From IMG/VR virus record IMGVR_UViG_3300045391_003788: 64,000 nucleotides of DNA, one strand, 5' to 3'. The notes beneath the pieces were generated by a model. The model was given only the letters and a program-made list of their open reading frames with translations. It was not told the origin of the DNA and ran no database searches. The translations under genes were made by a program, and so were the position numbers. The stretch comes from an uncultured virus (IMG/VR IMGVR_UViG_3300045391_003788) (taxonomy: Duplodnaviria > Heunggongvirae > Uroviricota > Caudoviricetes). How positions within the stretch are numbered: position 1 is the first letter of the stretch; the number at the start of each line of letters is the position of its first letter. Below are positions 18,230 through 27,039 of this stretch, piece after piece.

Positions 18230-18976
18230 TTACCGGTCGTAGAACACGTACGACGCCACGGCGGGGCCGATGGCCTCGACGTCGGGAACGGTGACCGAGT
18301 TCGCCTGCTCCCGGGCGTACCGTACCGCCTGCCGCAGCGTCTCGCAGCGCTCCGCCAGCCGTCGCTTCAGGTCGGCCGGGATCGCACCGGAGAACTTGAT
18401 CGTGGTCCAGGTGCCGACCGGGACGTCCTCGGAGTAGGTCTCGACCTGCGCCGGGTGGTGGTCGGTGGCCGGGGCCTTCTCGTGGTTGCGCAGCACCTTC
18501 TTCATCCGGAACGACTCGGTCGGGGGGGTCCGGAAGATCTTGGTGTCGTTCGCGTCGAGGCTCCACACCTCGGACGGGTCGAGCACCGGCAACTTGGCGA
18601 TGAAGGTCGCCATGTCGGTGATCTTCTTCTCCAGGAACAGCAGGGTGGTCGCCGGGACGTCCCGGGCCAGCGTCTGGTTGCCGACGACGATGTCCGCCCG
18701 CGCCACCGTGTTTGCGGCGTCCACGACGGCGACCTTGTCGATCAGTTCGGCGAACGCGGCCTGGACGGTGTCGATCACGTCCGGGATCCGGGTCTGCACC
18801 TGGACCGACTCGGGCGGGTAGATCACCCGGTCGTCGGCGTCGAGCGGCCGGTAGGTCCGGGCGATGCCGGTGGTCTGCGGCAACCGCTGAGCGGCGTGGT
18901 GGGCGTCCGTGATGATCCGTTCGGTGCGGGACTTCACGCCCTGAAGCACACCGAGAACCTGAGCCAGAGTCGTCAT
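18230..18976 (-). CDS. conserved uncharacterised protein (resembles actinobacterial DUF7873-type family, from recall)
   Basis: Motifs RTYRP..D, PPESxxVQ, VPATTLLFLEK, ATDHHPAQV, WTTIKFSGA, AREQAN; leaderless promoter at 18983-19011. Confidence 0.8.
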   Translation of the reverse strand: MTTLAQVLGVLQGVKSRTERIITDAHHAAQRLPQTTGIARTYRPLDADDRVIYPPESVQVQTRIPDVIDTVQAAFAELIDKVAVVDAANTVARADIVVGNQTLARDVPATTLLFLEKKITDMATFIAKLPVLDPSEVWSLDANDTKIFRTPPTESFRMKKVLRNHEKAPATDHHPAQVETYSEDVPVGTWTTIKFSGAIPADLKRRLAERCETLRQAVRYAREQANSVTVPDVEAIGPAVASYVFYDR

Positions 18977-19202
18977 GCGAACAACGTAGCGAGATGACGA
19001 AAGGTTGTCAACTCGGTTACTGGCGTGCTAGGTTGGCACCGTTCGGAGGTGCTGTGTCGGCCTGCCGGACCGTCGTGCAGTGTCGGCGACGCGCATGTCT
19101 CGATCCCCCTACCGTCAACGTAGGGGTGATAGGCGGGTTGGTCGTACAGGGCAGTGTTGACGACAGCCGTGTCGGCGCAGGAACCCGTGCAGAGATCGAG
19201 AC

Positions 19203-19240
19203 CACGAAGGCCCCCGGGTTGATCACCGGGGGCCTTCGTG
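19203..19240. terminator. terminator hairpin
   Basis: CACGAAGGCCCCCGG / CCGGGGGCCTTCGTG. Confidence 0.8.
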
Positions 19241-19268
19241 TTGCCTGCTCGGGCCTCATCAGGCTACG

Positions 19269-19571
19269 TCAGGTCACCTTGATCCGCCCGGCCCGCAGGA
19301 CCGGGATCTCCGGGTCGTCGGAGTACTTCGCCCAGATCGTGTAGATCTTGTTCACGGTCAGCGGCACCGACGTGCCGGTGCCGACGATCAGGCCGTACTG
19401 CGTCCCGTCGTCCGGGTTGGCGTCCGGGGTGTAGAACGTGGTGGGTCGGGCTTGTCCCTCGGTGACCGCCAGCGTGAACCCACTGACCGGGGACCCGTTC
19501 ACCGTGACGGTGATCGGTCCGACCCACTCCTTGGTCTCTGCGACCAACTCCCACTGTGTCAAGGTGGCCAT
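19269..19571 (-). CDS. small beta-rich virion accessory protein
   Basis: 100 aa, last gene of the appendage module; similar size and position to 58209-58502. Confidence 0.6.
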   Translation of the reverse strand: MATLTQWELVAETKEWVGPITVTVNGSPVSGFTLAVTEGQARPTTFYTPDANPDDGTQYGLIVGTGTSVPLTVNKIYTIWAKYSDDPEIPVLRAGRIKVT

Positions 19572-20956
19572 TACGGCTGGACCTCCAGGCTTGCTCTGAT
19601 TCGGGGCAAGCCCAGTACACCATTGACGTGGATTCTGCCCTGGGGTCCCAGCACAACCTTCATGGTGATGTTGCGACCCGTGCTCTTGGCCACCACGTAC
19701 GAATCGGTCAAACCGGACGGATCGGTACCGGTTGTGGATAGCACCAGGCCGAGGCTCGCGGTGTCCGTCGGCCCGGCGCTATCGATCTGAGACCGGAGGA
19801 ACGAGCCGACCAGAGTCGCGGCATCCGTCGCGCCGGAAGCGTCTACCGTACCGATGCCGCGCGCGAACGTCAGCGAATCCGTCAATCCCGACGTATCCGT
19901 TGAAGATGCCGGAATTGCCGACGCGATCGAGTCGGTGACCCCGGCCGTGTCGACCTGGGTGACCAACTTCCCGTTCTCGATCAGCGAGGAATCGGTGACC
20001 CCGGCCGGGTCGCTAAGGACCTTCCCGAAGTTCCAGACGACGGTGTCGGTGGTTCCGGAGTCGTCGGTGTAGACGTGCCCCTGGACATACCCGGCGACGT
20101 CGGTGACGCCACCGGAGTCCACGTAGGACGGCGCGAACAGGAACGCCACCGAATCGGTGACCCCCGCCGTGTCGACCTGGGAAACCAACTTCCCGTTCTC
20201 GACCAGCGGCGAATCGGTGACCCCGGCGTCATCGACGTAGACGTGGGTCTGCGCCTGGGCGATCGAATCGGTGACCCCGCCATCATCGGTCGCCGCCACG
20301 GCGCGGCCCACCGACACCACGGCCGAATCGGTGACCCCGGCGTCGTCCGTCGGCGTCTGCGTCCAGTTCGTCGAGGAGGACCCGATACCGCGTTCGACAA
20401 TGAACACGGCCGGGCGGCCGTAGGCCCGCCGAGCCGTCGCCGTGGCGGCCCCGTCGGTGAAGTCGAAGAACACCGCAAAGGGGATGATGCCGTTGTCGAC
20501 AATCGAGGTATCGGTGACCCCGGCGTCGTCGGTAAAGCCTGGCCCCCAACCGAACGCGATGGCATCGGTGACCCCACCATCGTCGGTGGAGGTGACCGAT
20601 CGCCCGACAGAAACGGTTGCCGAATCGGTCGGCACCGCATTGTCGCTGGTGACCAGGAAGCGGTCGATGACGGCGGTGTCCGTCAGCCCCGCCGGGTCGC
20701 TGGCATTCGTGCCACGAACGATTGCGATGGAATCGGTGACCCCAGCGTCGTCGGTCTGGGAGACCAACTTCCCGTTCTCGACCAGAACCGAATCGGTCGG
20801 AACGGCATTGTCGGAGACGACGGTGGAGATCAGGAAGGCGACGGAATCGGTGACGCCACCGTCATCCGTCGGGGTTTGGGTGTAGTTCGATGGGGCGGTG
20901 AGATTGCCGTGCGCAACGCTGACATATGTCAGCATTCCCCGGCCTAGGCGAGCCAT
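19571..20956 (-). CDS. repeat-rich fibre-like virion protein
   Basis: Many (T/V)DxxGVTDS repeats. Confidence 0.7.
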   Translation of the reverse strand: MARLGRGMLTYVSVAHGNLTAPSNYTQTPTDDGGVTDSVAFLISTVVSDNAVPTDSVLVENGKLVSQTDDAGVTDSIAIVRGTNASDPAGLTDTAVIDRFLVTSDNAVPTDSATVSVGRSVTSTDDGGVTDAIAFGWGPGFTDDAGVTDTSIVDNGIIPFAVFFDFTDGAATATARRAYGRPAVFIVERGIGSSSTNWTQTPTDDAGVTDSAVVSVGRAVAATDDGGVTDSIAQAQTHVYVDDAGVTDSPLVENGKLVSQVDTAGVTDSVAFLFAPSYVDSGGVTDVAGYVQGHVYTDDSGTTDTVVWNFGKVLSDPAGVTDSSLIENGKLVTQVDTAGVTDSIASAIPASSTDTSGLTDSLTFARGIGTVDASGATDAATLVGSFLRSQIDSAGPTDTASLGLVLSTTGTDPSGLTDSYVVAKSTGRNITMKVVLGPQGRIHVNGVLGLPRIRASLEVQP

Positions 20957-20957
20957 G

Positions 20958-21674
20958 TCACCACGCTGCCGATCGCATCACGGCGGCATTCGGGGCAACC
21001 ACCGGGCGCGGCTGCGGGCCGGAGGCGCTCACAGTGGCCTTGATTTCGACCGCCGCGATCATCGCATTGTGGGTGGTCGAATAGCCGTAGGTCGCGGTCC
21101 CGGCGGTGTCGGCGGCGGACTTGAAGGCCTCCCAGGTGTCGCCGTTCGTGGCGTCGGCGAACTGGCTGATCGCCGTGGTGTTCGCCAGCACCGTCATGGC
21201 GGTGCCGGTGTCGTAGTTCAGGGCCGCGCCGTAAATCTTGTTTCCGGTACCGGCGGTGACCGAAACCTGGACCGCCGTACCAGTCATGGTGGCGCCGGTC
21301 TTCGCGCCATTCTGGCTGGCGGTGTTCTGGGCGCCGATCAGGGTGCGGACCACCAGTTGCCCACCGGTAGCGGTACCACCCGAACCGGTACAGGACACGG
21401 TCATCGCCGCGTTCGGGGAGTCCCGGCACCACACCTCGCAGGTGCCGCCGACCGCGCCGATGCTGTTGGAGTTGCTGCGCAGGAGCAACGTCCAGGTGCC
21501 GCTGAGGGAGTCCGTGATGGCCGCCGTGGTCGGCGTGGAGGCAGTGCCGTCACCGGCCACCAGGGCGACCAGCAGGGCCCCGGATTCGGGCGTAAACGAG
21601 GCCGTGGTCTGGGCGGTGGTCCAGGCGCCGGTCCACTGAAGTGCAGCGGGCTGCGTGCCCTCGGTGATCGACAC
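20958..21674 (-). CDS. putative virion appendage protein
   Basis: Thr/Ala/Gly-rich, beta-strand-like composition, inside the module. Confidence 0.6.
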   Translation of the reverse strand: MSITEGTQPAALQWTGAWTTAQTTASFTPESGALLVALVAGDGTASTPTTAAITDSLSGTWTLLLRSNSNSIGAVGGTCEVWCRDSPNAAMTVSCTGSGGTATGGQLVVRTLIGAQNTASQNGAKTGATMTGTAVQVSVTAGTGNKIYGAALNYDTGTAMTVLANTTAISQFADATNGDTWEAFKSAADTAGTATYGYSTTHNAMIAAVEIKATVSASGPQPRPVVAPNAAVMRSAAW

Positions 21675-21677
21675 GCT

Positions 21678-22811
21678 TCACCCCAGATTCTGGTCGTACA
21701 CCCGAACGTAGTCGATCTTGCAGGTATTGTCCTGCGTCGCGGTGCCGCTGATGATCTGGAGATACAGCAGCAGGAAATACTGGCATGAGGTGCTGCCGAT
21801 GGCACCCGAGGCGTTCAGGTCCTGGTGGGTCTGCGTGCCGTTACGAAAGAACGTGTTTCTCACGCCCGGCTTCCATTGCACCGAAAAAGTGTTCATGGAT
21901 GCGGAGAAGTCGGTCGACGTATTGATGTTAGTGAAGACCTGGCTGCCGCCGTAGGAGTTGTTCTGGTAGTCCGTCGGATCGAATACCTGCGTCGGATTGA
22001 ACTCGGCGATGTCGATCTCAGACTTTCCGTCGTTGTCCCAGCCCGCCTGCTGCGGGTCGGTCTTCCACGCCGTGATGTAGTCCGAGCCCTCCAGCCAGAA
22101 CAGGCCTGGCCACATGCCGCCGCCGATGTCCGGGCAGACCTGCATCCGGGCCTCGAAGGTCATGGTGTTACCGGATGTCGGAATGTAGGTGCGGGTATTC
22201 GACTGGACCGCACCCGAGCGCCACGGCTGGGTGATGGTCCCGCCGCCTGCCGACGCATACTTGGCGCCGAGATACGACACCTTGGTTGCGGTCAGATTCA
22301 GCGAGCCGGACCCGTCCAGGGCCACCTGAGAGGGCAGGTAGTACTGCACCTCGTTCTGTGCCAGGTACCCGCAGCGGGTGTAGACCCACCACTCCGGGTC
22401 GATCGGACCGCCCGCTGAGCCGTTGAAATCGTCCCCGAACACCAGGCCCGACAACGGAGTGTTCGCCCCCGAGGCGACCGATTCCGGCCCGGTGCCGGAC
22501 GCATTCGTGGCCTTCACCGTGAAGGTGTAGGCCGTGGAATTCGTCAGCCCGGTGACATTCATTTGCTTGTACGTATTGCCGTCCGAGCCGGTGATGCTCC
22601 CCAGAGAACCGACCGCCGTCGTCGTCGTGGATTGGGCGGTCGACCCGATGTACGGCGTGACGGTGTAACTCGTGATCGCACCGCTGCCGACGCTGACGGG
22701 CGCCAAGAACGAGATCTTCGCTCCGGCATCCGAGGTGATGGATGTGACCGAGGTCGGAGCCCCAGGCGTCAGGCCCGGAGGCAGCGACCTCGGCCGCACC
22801 GAGAAACGCAT
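21678..22811 (-). CDS. fibronectin type III + glycoside hydrolase family 16-like protein
   Basis: FN3 (GLTNSTAYTFTVKATNASGTGPES); FGDDF, MWPGLFW, catalytic EIDIAE, IDYVRVY. Confidence 0.85.
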   Translation of the reverse strand: MRFSVRPRSLPPGLTPGAPTSVTSITSDAGAKISFLAPVSVGSGAITSYTVTPYIGSTAQSTTTTAVGSLGSITGSDGNTYKQMNVTGLTNSTAYTFTVKATNASGTGPESVASGANTPLSGLVFGDDFNGSAGGPIDPEWWVYTRCGYLAQNEVQYYLPSQVALDGSGSLNLTATKVSYLGAKYASAGGGTITQPWRSGAVQSNTRTYIPTSGNTMTFEARMQVCPDIGGGMWPGLFWLEGSDYITAWKTDPQQAGWDNDGKSEIDIAEFNPTQVFDPTDYQNNSYGGSQVFTNINTSTDFSASMNTFSVQWKPGVRNTFFRNGTQTHQDLNASGAIGSTSCQYFLLLYLQIISGTATQDNTCKIDYVRVYDQNLG

Positions 22812-22827
22812 CGTCAGCGGCCGGGGG

Positions 22828-23301
22828 TCAGCAGCGCTCGAACGTGAAGGACGCCCGGACGTTCACGGTCTGCGGGGCGGTGCACCGCAGCACGATGCCC
22901 GTCGACACGGCGGTGTCCGGGGTGTCACCGAGCGGGTAGTCGTAGAACAACAAGCCGCCGACCGGGGTCAGCAGGAACGAGTCGAACGCGGTCAGCACCG
23001 TCGGCTCGGTGGTCGAGGCGTAGAACCCGGTGAAACCTGCCGTGATCGACCGGCCGTAGATCTGGGTGACCGTGCCGGTGGAGTTGTTCGTGCCCGGTGT
23101 GGAGTTGGTGGCCAGCGTGCTGGTCATCAGTTCGCACAGCACCGGCACGTTCGCCGCCGTGACGCCGTCGAAGCCGACCCGGACCTTCTTCAGGTCGATG
23201 CCGAACTGGGACGGCGCGATGACGCACAGGACGGTCTTCGCGGTCGCCGCCGACAGCGCCACAGCGGCGCCGGTGGCAAGGGTGTACCCGGCCTTCGCCA
23301 T
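22828..23301 (-). CDS. putative virion protein
   Basis: Co-oriented, Thr/Val-rich, within the module. Confidence 0.6.
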   Translation of the reverse strand: MAKAGYTLATGAAVALSAATAKTVLCVIAPSQFGIDLKKVRVGFDGVTAANVPVLCELMTSTLATNSTPGTNNSTGTVTQIYGRSITAGFTGFYASTTEPTVLTAFDSFLLTPVGGLLFYDYPLGDTPDTAVSTGIVLRCTAPQTVNVRASFTFERC

Positions 23302-23304
23302 GGC

Positions 23305-23883
23305 TCAGGCCCCCAGGAACTTGTGGGACCAGGTGATGGCCAGGGTGTCGGAGGCGCCCTTGTTCACGGCGGTGAAGACGATGCGGGAGATCGTGTTGGC
23401 CGCCGTCGAGGTGGCGTTGGTGGCCGAGTCGTTGACGATGACGCACTCGGTGATCGCCGAGTTGGTCGCCGTACCGGCCGCCCAGGTGACCTTGTAGACC
23501 GCCGTCACGCCCAGACCGCCGCCCAGGTTGGAAGTCTGCGGGTAGGAGGCGTCGAAGGCCTGGTTGGAGGCCGTCAGGTAGGTGACCAGAGCCGCACCCG
23601 CGCCGGACTTGGCCGCCGCCGTGGTGCCGGTGCCCAACTTCATGCCGGTCATGGCGGTCGGGGCGCTGGCGTTCGCGGGAGCGATCGAGGTGATCACCTT
23701 CTGGGCGATGTACAGGTCGCCCGCGTCGGTGATGAGGTTGCGACCACGCTCGTAGAAACGCAGGTCGCCCTGCGCATTGCGCAGTTCGATTTCGTAGATG
23801 CCGAGAACGCCAGTGGCGGTGTGTGGAATGCCCCGCTCCAACGAGACGGAGAAACCATCGCCGAGGCGAGGGGTGTCCTGCAT
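23305..23883 (-). CDS. virion protein, paralog of 59588-60286
   Basis: NLITDAG...LGTGTTA..A..ALVT.L aligns with VVTDTG...LGTGTTAESAAQTALVTEL. Confidence 0.7.
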   Translation of the reverse strand: MQDTPRLGDGFSVSLERGIPHTATGVLGIYEIELRNAQGDLRFYERGRNLITDAGDLYIAQKVITSIAPANASAPTAMTGMKLGTGTTAAAKSGAGAALVTYLTASNQAFDASYPQTSNLGGGLGVTAVYKVTWAAGTATNSAITECVIVNDSATNATSTAANTISRIVFTAVNKGASDTLAITWSHKFLGA

Positions 23884-23941
23884 TGGGATTGCTCCATCCG
23901 GGACGGGATGACGATCGTCCCGGTGAGCGTATCGAAATGGC

Positions 23942-24805
23942 TTACCGCTCCGACCTTCTGAGCGGTCGATATGCACGCGGTACAGGAAGAGGCGGGGGAA
24001 TGATGCGCGGGCACAGCAGACCGGCCCGTCGAATTGCATCCTGTGCACCGGATGGATCGGCTGCGGCCAACCGCATGGCCGCCTCGGCGAGATACGACGC
24101 GGCCTGCGCGCGGGTTTTCGCTGCATTCGAACCCTCGGCCAGAACGCCGACCATGCGAATGCGATCCAGAGAAATGTGAATGACATTCCCCTGCGGCCCG
24201 GGGCGGACCGGGTAGATGGTCACGCCCTCCTCGTGCCGGGGGCCGACGGTGGCGACCGTGGTTCGCCGTCCGGCCTCGGAGTCCCAGATGATCCGGACCC
24301 GGTTGCCCTCCACCAGGCCGTGCACCGGGGAGTCGGCGTGGTAGTCGTCCACGATGTCCATGGCGACCTCTTCGGCCACCCGGTTGGACTTCCCGTCGAT
24401 GCCCATGTCGACAATGCGCCAGGCTCGGAACGTCGGCTGCGTTGCCGATTTCGCAAAAGAACAGATGATGTAAATGGCTTCCAGATTCCAGGCATTCTGG
24501 ATATCTGTCAGGCTCGGCTCGGCCGCCGTTCTCGGATGCGTGTGGTAGATGACCACCGGGTCGTGCCGGATCTCATCCATCACTCGGTAGGCATTGATGA
24601 TCCCGGTGTGGTCCATGTCGAAAAACTTCTCCGGCTCCGGATGCCGATTGACGATCGGCACGAACCGATCCGGGCGGCGCAGCGGTCCGGCCTGCCCTTG
24701 CGGCCCGGTCAGGATTCCACAGGCCTCGCGCGGGTACTCGGTCCGGCCGTGAGCGGCGATGGAGTCCAGCAGGAACACAGGAATGCGTAGCGCCGGACTC
24801 GTCAC
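23942..24805 (-). CDS. JAB/MPN (Mov34, M67) metallopeptidase with C-terminal extension
   Basis: YPREACGIL...YHTHP...PSLTD catalytic motif. Confidence 0.85.
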   Translation of the reverse strand: MTSPALRIPVFLLDSIAAHGRTEYPREACGILTGPQGQAGPLRRPDRFVPIVNRHPEPEKFFDMDHTGIINAYRVMDEIRHDPVVIYHTHPRTAAEPSLTDIQNAWNLEAIYIICSFAKSATQPTFRAWRIVDMGIDGKSNRVAEEVAMDIVDDYHADSPVHGLVEGNRVRIIWDSEAGRRTTVATVGPRHEEGVTIYPVRPGPQGNVIHISLDRIRMVGVLAEGSNAAKTRAQAASYLAEAAMRLAAADPSGAQDAIRRAGLLCPRIIPPPLPVPRAYRPLRRSER

Positions 24806-24806
24806 G

Positions 24807-25340
24807 TCAGCCTCCGTACCTCCAGAGCATGAACCCGACCCAGATCAGACCGAGCAGAACGAGCATAACGACTTCGCTGATCTGATTGGTCCGAACCATG
24901 AAAGCCCATGGTGCTCGGCGCAATTTCCATTCGAATGGCCAGAAAAGGCACACCCCCTGGACGGTGCACCAGTCCAGGAAGATGTGCCCCATCCACCATC
25001 CGGTCGCCACGGCGAGTGCGGTGGCCTGCCCCCACCCCGGGGCGAACAACGACAAGAACAACAGCGGCGCGGCCACCATCGCGCCCATGAAGATCGAGTG
25101 TGTCTCGTACCGGTGTCTGGTCTTCGTCGTGATCACGAACACCAGGAGTTTTCCGGCCCGCCCCAACTTGCGCTCCACCCACCGGCTGGCAGTGGCCTTG
25201 GAGTGGTCCAGATCGGGCGCCAGCGCCGCCGTGGCGACCAGCGGAATGCACAGCACCACCTGGGCCGCGTGGACGTCCAGGAGAGGCGCCAGGGCCACCC
25301 AGGCGGCCACCCCGCCCCGGACGTGGGAGGTGCCCTTCAT
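24807..25340 (-). CDS. membrane metal-dependent hydrolase (YdjM-like)
   Basis: SH..., LAPDLDH, HRYETHS, GHIFLD..T..G..LFWP; several TM helices. Confidence 0.8.
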   Translation of the reverse strand: MKGTSHVRGGVAAWVALAPLLDVHAAQVVLCIPLVATAALAPDLDHSKATASRWVERKLGRAGKLLVFVITTKTRHRYETHSIFMGAMVAAPLLFLSLFAPGWGQATALAVATGWWMGHIFLDWCTVQGVCLFWPFEWKLRRAPWAFMVRTNQISEVVMLVLLGLIWVGFMLWRYGG

Positions 25341-26581
25341 CTATGGCAGCATCCGTCGCAGCCGTGGATGCCGACGCCGCGCTCTCCGTCGGGGTCCTGG
25401 TGGGTCAGGTCATCCGGATCGGGGTGGCCGATCCCATGCGGGCAGATCCGCTCGAACTTGCTCGCGTCGTTGCGCCAGTACAACGGCCAGTCCCGCATGT
25501 GGTGATCCGACGGACTGTGGATCACACAGGGCGGACCAGCACATGACCGGACGGAATGGACGTTCTCCAGGAATTGGCCATTTCCTCCAGGGATGAACCA
25601 GATCTCACGTTCGTCAAGCATTCATACCTCCTCTAATTCTGCTCTTTGATGGGCAAGTTCTTGGTCGGCCATGTACTGCTTGAACGCCGTCCAAAACTCG
25701 TCGGAGTTCTTCACCATATGGAAGGGGTAGTGGGCGGGATTTCCCTTTCCGATCTGGAGCCCGGCGTCGAAAGCCCGCTTCACGATCCACCGGCTGGATT
25801 CCAGTTGGCATTCAGGACATTCGGAGGGGACAGCCTTACGCCAGCCGTGGTGCATGCAGTTCGTCACCATGTTCGGCGGCCGGTCCAGCCCGGCCTCCGT
25901 CACGTGCGGCCCGTCCACATCTACTTCGGGCTGGACAGGTTCTGACTTCCCCACCGGAAGATCTCCTTGTTTTCTGCATCGGTCAGCGGTCGGACGCATG
26001 CGGTGATCACGACGAAACGTGGATCGTCCGCCGTGTCGTACTCCCAGTTGTTCTGCACCAGCGTCGGCCGGGAATGATCGGCGCCCGGACGGGGGTTCGG
26101 CTCCTCCAACCGCTGCCCGTACACCCGCACGTCGTACGGGCGATAGCCGGGCGGACACGGGCCGACTTGCTGCGGAGCCTGCGCCACGGCGGAGGCGGCC
26201 CCGAGCAGGCCGATCGTGACGGCCGCCCCCACGCCGAGGATCGCCGAGGTGCGCCAGACCTTCACATCGGTGCTCATTTCACGAGTCATCGTTCTCCGCC
26301 CACACCGCCACCGGGATGCCCGACACGATGCCGGACGCGCGGCGGATGAGAGGGCGTTTCTGCACCGATCGCTCGATCTGAAGCCGCCATGTGGTGACCA
26401 CGCAGTTGAGTTGCTCCACGCCGTCCACCTTCAACCCCAGGCCAAGCGGGCTGACCTCGACGTGGAGCACCTTCACCGGCCACCAGGCCTGGAGTTGTTT
26501 CACCAGGACCGTGGTCTTCTCCATCAATTCCACGACGTCCGGGAACAGCGGAGTGATTTCGACCTCATTGGTTTCGGCCAT
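25337..26581 (-). CDS. small hypothetical genes (25337-25621 Cys/His-rich; 25622-~25924; 25921-26289 secreted; 26279-26581)
   Basis: Coupled ORFs; ERICPHGIGHPDPD motif in the first; signal-peptide-like N-terminus in 25921-26289. Confidence 0.55.
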
Positions 26582-26748
26582 TGTGTTTCCGTTCCGCTCC
26601 GGCAAGTTCTGCGCAATCCCCGGTGGCACACAGATCCCACGGATTGCCGAACTCATCCGTCCAGCACTGCTCCGGCGTCAACCCGGAGAAACAGATGCAG
26701 CAAATGAGGCCGTACCAACCGATGGGCATTGCATCTCCCTCGATGGGC

Positions 26749-27039
26749 CTACGGGCAGATCTCGGCGTTCTGGAACACCGTGATCGAGGCGTACGGGCTG
26801 TCCTGGTGGAACGCCGTCGCGATCCCGGAGTGCGTTCCCTTGATGCACTTGATCGCCACGTTGGAGAACCCGTCCGGCATCGCGTAGATCTTCGCCGGGT
26901 CCTCGTTCGGAGAACCCGTTGTCGGCGCGTCGTTCCACTTCTGAGCCTGCTTGGAGTTGAAGTCGCACGAGAACGCCGTCATCAGCGGCAGCAGGGCGAC
27001 CAGCACCACAGCAGTCAGGACCCGCCTGCGGCCGGTCAC
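26749..27039 (-). CDS. putative lipoprotein
   Basis: Basic N-terminus, hydrophobic core, TAFSC lipobox-like motif. Confidence 0.65.
   Translation of the reverse strand: MTGRRRVLTAVVLVALLPLMTAFSCDFNSKQAQKWNDAPTTGSPNEDPAKIYAMPDGFSNVAIKCIKGTHSGIATAFHQDSPYASITVFQNAEICP

Noticed and set aside
19730..20880. Recurrent GAATCGGTGACCCC repeats resembling a CRISPR array
   Set aside because: They encode GVTDS protein repeats in frame; spacing is variable and no cas operon is present.
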